NCBI GenBank assembly: GCA_022797295.1 | Contig: JAAWKH010000001.1 | Location: forward strand, 186,060-250,059 | Source: Peptococcaceae bacterium | GTDB taxonomy: Bacteria > Bacillota > Dehalobacteriia > UBA4068 > UBA4997 | Reading direction: 5' to 3' | Length of the DNA stretch: 64,000 nt | Shown here: one piece after another, positions 57,790-64,000 of the stretch | Layout of the letters: every line of letters starts with the position of its first letter | How positions within the stretch are numbered: position 1 is the stretch's first letter | Position numbers and translations under genes: made by a program | The notes under the pieces: generated by a model | Told to the model about the DNA's origin: nothing | The model's database searches: none | The model's input: the letters and a program-made list of their open reading frames with translations, nothing else

Positions 57790-58434
57790 ATGTTTGAATA
57801 TAAGTTGACAGATGAAAATTTGCTTTTACAAAGGTTTGAGCTGGGGCAGATATATACAAACTGCTACTTGGTGGCAGATAAAGAGGCAAAAGAATTGGCT
57901 GTGGTTGACCCCGCCGGTGATTTTGATGTTTTGCAGGCTGCGATTGACCAGACCGGCTGTGAGGTAAAATATATTTTTAACACTCATGGCCATTGGGATC
58001 ACGTGGGGGCCAATGCGCAACTACGCGAATATACTGGTGCGCCGATTTTAATTCATAAAGATGACGCTCCGATGTTAAAACAGGGATATGACACTGTTTT
58101 TCAAGTGCGAACAGAACCATCAGCTGCTGATAAGTTTCTGGAGGAGGGGCAGACATGGTCTCTTGGCCGTTATAATATAGAAGTTTTGCACACGCCAGGA
58201 CATACTAAAGGCGGCGTTTCGCTGGTGATACCTGGGCAACTGGTTTTTTCCGGCGACACTCTTTTTCAGCTTTCTATTGGACGAACTGACTTGTTGGGCG
58301 GTAGCTTCAACGAGCTTATGGATAGTATTCGCAACAAGCTTTTTAAGTTGCCCGATGAACTACTGGTTTTTTCCGGCCATGGCGCACATACCTATATTGG
58401 CGAGGAGAAGAAATATAATCCGTTTTTGAATTAA
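57790..58434 (+). CDS. MBL-fold metallo-hydrolase (glyoxalase II-like)
   Basis: HxHxDH motif (THGHWDHVG). Confidence 0.75.
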   Translation: MFEYKLTDENLLLQRFELGQIYTNCYLVADKEAKELAVVDPAGDFDVLQAAIDQTGCEVKYIFNTHGHWDHVGANAQLREYTGAPILIHKDDAPMLKQGYDTVFQVRTEPSAADKFLEEGQTWSLGRYNIEVLHTPGHTKGGVSLVIPGQLVFSGDTLFQLSIGRTDLLGGSFNELMDSIRNKLFKLPDELLVFSGHGAHTYIGEEKKYNPFLN

Positions 58435-58468
58435 ATTAAAGCCTAAGCTTTTGGAGGTTGTAAGATTT

Positions 58469-59734
58469 ATGCTGACGAAAAGGCCGCGAGGTACAAATGA
58501 TTTTTTGCCGGAGGACACTGCTAAATGGCAGTATTTGGAAAAGCTATTACGGGAAATTTGCCAACAGTTTGGTTATGCAGAGCTGCGAACGCCTATATTT
58601 GAGGAAACCGCCTTGTTTCTGCGGGGCGTTGGCGATACGACGGATATTGTCCAAAAAGAGATGTATACATTTGAGGATTCCGGCGGGCGTAGCCTGACAT
58701 TGCGGCCGGAAAACACAGCTTCTGCGGTGCGGGCTTATGTGGAAAACAAGCTTTTTGCTGGTCAACAACCAGTTCGCTTGTTTTATATGGGGCCGATGTT
58801 TCGTTATGAACGTCCACAGGCGGGGCGTTTTCGGCAGTTTCATCAATTTGGAGTGGAGTGCTTTGGTGCGGCTTCACCGGCGGCTGACGCTGAGGTTATT
58901 GCTTTGGCCTGGGAGTTTTACCGTCGGCTTGGTTTGCAAGGTTTGGAGTTAAATTTGAACAGCGTGGGCTGCCCAAACTGTCGGCCGACATATCGTCAGG
59001 CCTTACAGGATTTTCTGCGTCCGCATTTGGACGAGCTTTGTCCAACCTGTCAGGAGCGTTTTGAAAAAAATCCCTTACGGATTTTGGATTGCAAAAATCC
59101 GCAGTGTCAACAGTTTTTACATGGTGCGCCAACCACTTTGGATGCGCTTTGTGATGATTGTCGGGTGCATTTCGACGCGGTGCAGGAATATTTGCAGGCT
59201 GCGGCTATTCCTTATCGTTTGAACACCAATCTGGTGCGAGGTTTGGATTATTACACTAACACGGCGTTTGAAATTTTGCTTTCTGATATTGGAGCACAAA
59301 GTGCTGTTTGCGGCGGCGGGCGTTACAATGGCCTGGTTGAGGAGTTGGGCGGCAAGCCGGCGCCTGGCGTTGGCTTTGCCTTAGGTATGGAGCGCGTTTT
59401 CAGCGCCTTAAATGCGCAGGGATTGGAGCTGCCAGTTGCACCAGGGCTGGATGTTTTTGTGGCAGTGCTGGACAAGCAAGCTCAAAAGCAGGCCTTTCAG
59501 TTGGCCTGTGCGTTGCGAAGTCAGGGTTTGGCCGTGGGTTATGATACCTTGGAGCGCAGCCTGAAAGCTCAGTTGAAATATGCGGACAGTCAAAGGGCGG
59601 CATATACGTTGCTGGTTGGCGGCGATGAGCTAGCTCGTGGCAGCGTAGTGCTGCGTGATATGCAAAGCAGTGAGCAAAGCGAATTTCCCATTGAGGAGAT
59701 TGGTGCGGTTTTGACAGCACGATTGTTGAATTAA
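58469..59734 (+). CDS. hisS: histidine--tRNA ligase
   Basis: Class II aaRS HisRS motifs. ORF is trimmed to ATG 58469 (MLTKRPRGTNDFLPE). Confidence 0.9.
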   Translation: MLTKRPRGTNDFLPEDTAKWQYLEKLLREICQQFGYAELRTPIFEETALFLRGVGDTTDIVQKEMYTFEDSGGRSLTLRPENTASAVRAYVENKLFAGQQPVRLFYMGPMFRYERPQAGRFRQFHQFGVECFGAASPAADAEVIALAWEFYRRLGLQGLELNLNSVGCPNCRPTYRQALQDFLRPHLDELCPTCQERFEKNPLRILDCKNPQCQQFLHGAPTTLDALCDDCRVHFDAVQEYLQAAAIPYRLNTNLVRGLDYYTNTAFEILLSDIGAQSAVCGGGRYNGLVEELGGKPAPGVGFALGMERVFSALNAQGLELPVAPGLDVFVAVLDKQAQKQAFQLACALRSQGLAVGYDTLERSLKAQLKYADSQRAAYTLLVGGDELARGSVVLRDMQSSEQSEFPIEEIGAVLTARLLN

Positions 59735-59827
59735 AATCGAAAAAAATAATTATTTCGGACTTGTTTGTAGATAAAATTGTGCTATAATATTTATATATTT
59801 TGTTGCTGTTATTAGGAGGAATATTTA

Positions 59828-61630
59828 ATGAGCGAGTCTTTGGCAGGATTGCGCCGTACTATGATGTGCGGTGAGGTTGGATTGCCTCAAGTTGGTAGCG
59901 AGGTTGTGCTGATGGGCTGGGTGCAGCGCCGGCGCGACCATGGCGGCCTGATTTTTATTGATTTGCGCGACCGCACAGGTTTAGTGCAGATTGTTTTTGA
60001 CCCTGAAAGTGGGCCGGATGCTTTTGGCAAAGCGGAACGGGTGCGTAATGAGTACGTTTTGGCAGCAGTGGGCAAGGTGCGCCCGCGGCCGGAGGGCACG
60101 GTGAACCCCAATTTGGCAACTGGTGAAATTGAGGTTTATATCAGTGAGCTAAGAGTGCTTGCCGCTTCCGCAACGCCGCCGTTTGCTGTGGAGGACGATG
60201 TGAATGTTGACGAGTTGGTGCGTTTGCAATATCGTTATCTGGATTTGCGCCGCCCGCAAATGCAGGCTAATTTGCAGTTGCGTCACAAGGTTGCTTTTGC
60301 TATGCGCGATTACTTGAACCGCAACGGCTTTTTGGAAATTGAAACGCCGGTTTTGGGTAAGAGTACGCCGGAGGGCGCTCGTGATTATCTGGTGCCTAGC
60401 CGAGTACATCCAGGCGAGTTTTATGCTTTGCCGCAATCACCGCAGCTTTACAAGCAGCTGTTGATGGTTTCCGGTTTTGATAAATATTTTCAGATTGCTC
60501 GTTGCTTCCGGGATGAGGATTTGCGGGCAGACCGGCAGCCTGAATTTACCCAGCTGGATTTGGAAATGTCCTTTATTGATGAAGAGCAAATTCAGGGGCT
60601 TATGGAGGGCCTGGTGGCAGAGGTTTTTGATAAAGCGCTGGGAGTTAAGATTCCCACTCCTTTTAAGCGTTTGACTTGGCACGTGGCTATGGAAACCTAT
60701 GGTTCAGACAAGCCTGATTTGCGTTTTGATTTGCCGCTGATTGATGTGGCTGATTTGGTTATTGATTCCGAATTTAAGGTGTTTGCTAATGTGGCTAAAA
60801 GCGGCGGCCGAGTGAAAGGCATTAATGCCAAAGGTTGCGCTAAATATTCTCGCCGGGAGATTGACGCTTTGACGGCCTATGTGGCTATTTACGGCGCTAA
60901 AGGTTTGGCTTGGCTGAAAGTGACAGAAAACGGTTTGGAATCATCAATCAGCAAATTTTTCACTGCTGAACAATTGGAAGCTTTGTGCCAGCGTATGCAG
61001 GCGCAGCCTGGTGATTTGCTGCTGTTTGTGGCTGATAAACCGTCGGTGGTGGCGGATGCGTTGGGCCATCTGCGTTGTGAAATTGCTAAACGCGAGGGCT
61101 TGATTGACGATAAAGAATTTAACTTCTGCTGGGTGGTTGAATTCCCGCTGTTGGAATGGTCTGAGGATGAGAAACGTTACACGGCAATGCACCATCCTTT
61201 TACCTGCCCAATGCTGGAGGACGTGGAATATTTGGACAATGAGCCTGGTCGTGTGCGGGCTCGTGCCTACGATATGGTGCTAAATGGCATTGAGTTGGGC
61301 GGCGGTTCCATTCGTATTCACAGCATGGAATTGCAGGAAAAAATGCTTGAGTGCTTGGGCTTTACTAAGGAGCGGGCCCATGAAAGCTTCGGTTTCCTGT
61401 TGGACGCTTTTGGCTATGGCGTGCCGCCGCATGGTGGTATGGCTTTTGGCCTTGATCGTATGATTATGTTGATGACTGGAGCTGAAAGTATTCGTGACGT
61501 TATTGCTTTCCCCAAAACACAAAGCGCTTCATGTATGTTGACTCAGGCTCCCGGCGAGGTTACCGATAAGCAGCTTAAAGAGCTGGCAATTCGGGTTAGT
61601 ATGCAAGCAAAAGTTGAAAAGCAAAAGTAA
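59828..61630 (+). CDS. aspS: aspartate--tRNA ligase
   Basis: OB-fold anticodon-binding domain, GAD insertion and class II motifs (FRDEDLRADRQPEFTQLD). AGGAGGA RBS. Confidence 0.9.
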   Translation: MSESLAGLRRTMMCGEVGLPQVGSEVVLMGWVQRRRDHGGLIFIDLRDRTGLVQIVFDPESGPDAFGKAERVRNEYVLAAVGKVRPRPEGTVNPNLATGEIEVYISELRVLAASATPPFAVEDDVNVDELVRLQYRYLDLRRPQMQANLQLRHKVAFAMRDYLNRNGFLEIETPVLGKSTPEGARDYLVPSRVHPGEFYALPQSPQLYKQLLMVSGFDKYFQIARCFRDEDLRADRQPEFTQLDLEMSFIDEEQIQGLMEGLVAEVFDKALGVKIPTPFKRLTWHVAMETYGSDKPDLRFDLPLIDVADLVIDSEFKVFANVAKSGGRVKGINAKGCAKYSRREIDALTAYVAIYGAKGLAWLKVTENGLESSISKFFTAEQLEALCQRMQAQPGDLLLFVADKPSVVADALGHLRCEIAKREGLIDDKEFNFCWVVEFPLLEWSEDEKRYTAMHHPFTCPMLEDVEYLDNEPGRVRARAYDMVLNGIELGGGSIRIHSMELQEKMLECLGFTKERAHESFGFLLDAFGYGVPPHGGMAFGLDRMIMLMTGAESIRDVIAFPKTQSASCMLTQAPGEVTDKQLKELAIRVSMQAKVEKQK

Positions 61631-61834
61631 ACTTTCTTATGCTTGCAATTACGCAAATTTTCCTTTAGCACAGCAGAGGTGAACCGTCCAAAATGGTATG
61701 GCTGAACCCAAATGATTGTAAAAGTCAAAAATATCTTGAATTGAGGTTAAACGCGCCAAAAAAATGAAAAGATATTTCTGGAATTTAATCCTCTTAACTG
61801 GTAAAAATTTGACAAGCTAAAAGGCTAATATAAC

Positions 61835-61865
61835 AAATATCCCTCAATTTAATTGGGGGATATTT
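61835..61865 (+). terminator. 13-bp hairpin with T-rich tail ~200 nt downstream of aspS
   Basis: AAATATCCCTCAA-TTTAA-TTGGGGGATATTT. Confidence 0.45.
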
Positions 61866-61976
61866 CTGCTTACTTTATTGAAGTGAGTGCAAAGTTAGTA
61901 ATTATATGCAAGAAATGTACTATACTTCAATTTTTGAACAATGTGAACACTCTTTCACAAAGGAGATATTTTTATA

Positions 61977-62429
61977 ATGGAGAAAATAAAAGATTTTTTG
62001 GCAGCTCCAGATAAAAAACAGGATGAGTTTTGGGAAAGCGATGTCCTTGTTTGGATTGATTGGCGGGAATATGACGAATATATTATTCAATATTTTAACG
62101 AAAAATTGCCTGATGAAGATAAAATTAGCTTTGAGTGTGTAGATATAGACAAAAAAAGAGGCGTTGACATTCTTTTGAAAAAAAATGGTGTTGAAACACC
62201 AATTCCTTATGCAGACGATTTTATGGATCGGGATATTACAATAAAAAGTGTTCAGAAATATTTATATCCAAAATATCAAATTCGTTTATATATTGATTCT
62301 TCGGGTTGTGATACACTTGCTTTTTGTATTTATCCAACTGAGCAATGGAATCAGCTGGAGCAGGAATTTGGTGCAGAAAAGGTCGCTTCTTATTTTCAGC
62401 CGATAAAGGCGAATAGTAAAATGTTTTAA
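61977..62429 (+). CDS. hypothetical protein encoded in an AT-rich islet (orphan, possibly horizontally acquired)
   Basis: AAAGGAGA RBS. Composition clearly more AT-rich than the flanking housekeeping genes. No domain recognised. Confidence 0.5.
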   Translation: MEKIKDFLAAPDKKQDEFWESDVLVWIDWREYDEYIIQYFNEKLPDEDKISFECVDIDKKRGVDILLKKNGVETPIPYADDFMDRDITIKSVQKYLYPKYQIRLYIDSSGCDTLAFCIYPTEQWNQLEQEFGAEKVASYFQPIKANSKMF

Positions 62430-62572
62430 ATAAATATAGTTTTATGTTGCATTATTTGTTTGTTTTGTTGTTATAACTATATTTTTTAAGTTTTATATAT
62501 CAATAGTCCAAAATAAATTGTTTATTCTTGTTTGTTTTGAAAAAAAGCGAATAATTGGCCTAAAATTTTTAT

Positions 62573-62827
62573 TGATATTTTCAAATATTGGTGCTATAAT
62601 GTTAGCAATAGCGGAATATAATATACTTGCCCGACAGTGTGCGAAGAGATGCTGATAAGTTTTGAGCCAACACTCAAAATATGGGATTCTTATATTTGTC
62701 TGTGGACTTAATGCCTCCATCGAGTGGACTAAGGAAGCAGCTTGCGGAAGCCCACCTGCATATGCAGGTTCAAAACATCGGCGTTGGACCGGCATTGTGG
62801 GGCATTTTTTTATTAGGAGGGGATTTT
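62573..62827 (+). promoter_or_regulatory. sigma-A promoter (TTGATA-16-TGcTATAAT) plus ~220-nt structured leader upstream of pyrF
   Basis: -35 at 62573-62578 and -10 at 62595-62600. The leader contains the palindrome CCTGCATATGCAGG (62755-62768) and a T7 run (62805-62811) directly before RBS AGGAGGGG. Confidence 0.5.
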
Positions 62828-63562
62828 GTGGCTTTAACACAACAAGAGGCTAAGGAAAAAATAATTGTGGCATTGGATGTGCCAAACCGAGAGCAGGCCT
62901 TACAGCTGGTGGAGCAGCTTTATGATGAAGTTGGCGCTTTCAAAATTGGTATGCAGTTATATAATGCTGAGGGGCCAAGTATTGTGAAGGAAATTCAGCG
63001 GCTTGGCGGCAAGGTGTTTATTGATTTGAAGCTGCATGACATACCAAACACTGTGGCCGAGGCTACCAAAGTGTTGACTAATTTGCAGGCTTTTATTATG
63101 ACTCTGCACGCAGGCGGCGGCAAAAAAATGCTGGCTGCGGCTGCCAAAGCGGTGGCGGAAAGTGTGCCGGAAAATGGCTGCAAACCGTTGGTGGTTGCGG
63201 TGACAGTTTTAACCAGTTTGAGTCAGCAGGAATTTACAGAAGAAATTGGTGTTGAGCGGTCGATTGCTGAACAGGTGGTTATTTGGGCAAAAATGGCCAA
63301 AGAAGCAGGTTTAGCTGGCGTTGTGGCTTCGCCGCAGGAAATTGAGGTTATCCGTCAGGCTTGCGGACCAGATTTTGTGATTATTACGCCGGGAATTAGG
63401 CCGCTTTGGGCCGCGGCAAATGACCAAAGCCGGATTATGACGCCAAAGCAGGCTGTGCAGGCAGGCGCAAATTACTTGGTGATTGGCCGGCCAATTACGG
63501 CGGATAAGGAGCCAAAGGCTGCTGCACGCCGTATTGTTGAGGAAATTATGGAGGTTCATTAA
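62828..63562 (+). CDS. pyrF: orotidine 5'-phosphate decarboxylase
   Basis: KIIVALDV, FKIGMQL, LKLHDIPNTV and VIGRPIT motifs. The in-frame ORF 62681 is trimmed to GTG 62828, 5 nt after AGGAGGGG. Confidence 0.85.
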   Translation: MALTQQEAKEKIIVALDVPNREQALQLVEQLYDEVGAFKIGMQLYNAEGPSIVKEIQRLGGKVFIDLKLHDIPNTVAEATKVLTNLQAFIMTLHAGGGKKMLAAAAKAVAESVPENGCKPLVVAVTVLTSLSQQEFTEEIGVERSIAEQVVIWAKMAKEAGLAGVVASPQEIEVIRQACGPDFVIITPGIRPLWAAANDQSRIMTPKQAVQAGANYLVIGRPITADKEPKAAARRIVEEIMEVH

Positions 63563-63564
63563 GC

Positions 63565-63951
63565 TTGAGCGATAAACAACAACTTTTATACTGTGCGGAC
63601 AAGGCCTTGTGTAGCTTGCAAAAAGCGCAAAAGAAATTATATAGCGCTCATAATATGGGTGTGTTTGATATTTGGGGAGGCGGTTTGCTGACCAGTATGG
63701 CTAAGCACGGTGATTTGAACGAAGCCAACTATTATCTGAAAGAAGCCAAACAAGATTTGGAAGTTTTGAAGGATCAGATGGGTGGGGTTGATTTGCAGAT
63801 TGATTTAGGCAGTGGATTGGAAGCTATTGATATTTGGCTTGACAACATATTTATAGATTTGACGGTTCAGGATAAAATCTGCGCTGCTCAGACGCAGGTT
63901 CATCAGGCTATTTCTCAGTTGCAAAGTATTATTGCAAAGCTTAAAGATTAG
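63565..63951 (+). CDS. hypothetical helical protein (128 aa)
   Basis: TTG start 10 nt after GGAGG. No domain recognised with confidence. Confidence 0.45.
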   Translation: MSDKQQLLYCADKALCSLQKAQKKLYSAHNMGVFDIWGGGLLTSMAKHGDLNEANYYLKEAKQDLEVLKDQMGGVDLQIDLGSGLEAIDIWLDNIFIDLTVQDKICAAQTQVHQAISQLQSIIAKLKD

Positions 63952-63965
63952 CTGTTAATATGCCG

Positions 63966-63997
63966 GCCTATCAGGCTTGCAAATCGCTAAGTGTTCA
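63966..63997 (+). repeat. copy B of the repeated 3'-region element: small hairpin + TTGCAAATCGCTAAGTGTTCA
   Basis: GCCT-ATC-AGGC hairpin followed by a motif 20/21 identical to 25979..25999. Cut by the window end. Confidence 0.6.
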
Positions 63998-64000
63998 TTA

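Noticed and set aside
58435-58468. Expected T-box leader upstream of hisS
   Set aside because: Only 34 nt separate the MBL gene from hisS, and 93 nt separate hisS from aspS. This is too short for a T-box riboswitch, so hisS/aspS appear co-transcribed with rel-dtd.
61812-61835. TTGACA...TATAAC as a promoter for the orphan gene
   Set aside because: The spacer is only 14 nt, so it is unlikely to be functional as a sigma-A promoter. The real promoter for 61977..62429 remains unidentified.
62607-62827. PyrR-binding anti-antiterminator in the pyrF leader
   Set aside because: I could not find the conserved PyrR loop sequence (UCCAGAGAGGCU-like) by eye. Kept only as a generic candidate attenuator.
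62662-62853. 63-aa ORF and a 20-codon ORF (62650..62712) inside the pyrF leader
   Set aside because: No convincing RBS. The in-frame upstream extension of pyrF (62681) lacks OMP decarboxylase homology before GTG 62828. Treated as non-coding leader.
25979-63997. The two 21-nt motif copies as att sites flanking a mobile island
   Set aside because: The intervening 38 kb is core housekeeping (dcw cluster, recA, proS) with no integrase or composition shift, so an island is implausible.

Overview
This window is a chromosomal housekeeping region of a Firmicutes-type genome with no CRISPR array, IS element or prophage visible. The organism is probably a spore-forming Clostridia/Negativicutes-like bacterium: the window carries spmA/spmB, an SEDS/PBP sporulation-type pair and an SLH-anchored surface protein, and GC content is roughly balanced.

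Gene order from left to right:
- Left end: the 3' end of pcrA, then a macro-domain gene, spmA-spmB, an unknown small gene with a strong promoter, rluB, a C_GCAxxG_C_C gene, cobO, an unknown gene and an HI0933-like flavoprotein.
- A convergent rpsF-ssb-rpsR operon on the minus strand, followed by a Y-family DNA polymerase + YolD-like operon behind a promoter containing LexA-like boxes.
- A 1044-aa surface protein (minus strand) with Listeria-Bacteroides repeats, a novel Cys-containing central duplication and three SLH domains, then gdhA, an unknown 280-aa gene and a solitary tRNA-Gly(CCC).
- A minus-strand nitrogen island: Gln-type ABC transporter, type III glutamine synthetase (glnN), and an ammonium transporter fused in-frame to a PII domain.
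- An unknown two-gene operon, a TSCPD gene, and a small 2x[4Fe-4S] ferredoxin that is absent from the ORF track.
- uppS-cdsA-(AI-2E transporter)-dxr-rseP-ispG-proS, a degenerate/active polyprenyl synthase pair, a gamma-carbonic-anhydrase gene and recA.
- The complete dcw cluster mraZ-rsmH-ftsL-PBP-murE-mraY-murD-ftsW-murG-murC-murB-murA-ftsQ-ftsZ, with no murF and no ftsA.
- rel-dtd-MBL-hisS-aspS, an AT-rich islet with an orphan gene, pyrF, and a helical unknown gene at the window edge.

The most interesting non-coding signals:
- A consensus sigma-A promoter immediately followed by an intrinsic terminator and tandem TGTTAACGAA repeats in front of glnN.
- A cluster of six DnaA-box-like 9-mers between recA and mraZ.
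- A phased array of AAAGTG[G/T] (MraZ-box-like) repeats over the mraZ promoter.
- Four TAG(C/T)ATT direct repeats over the ftsZ promoter.
- A long leader with a palindrome and T-run upstream of pyrF.
- A 21-nt motif found twice, 38 kb apart, each time after a small hairpin in a 3' region.

All calls come from reading the sequence and translations by eye; no searches were run.
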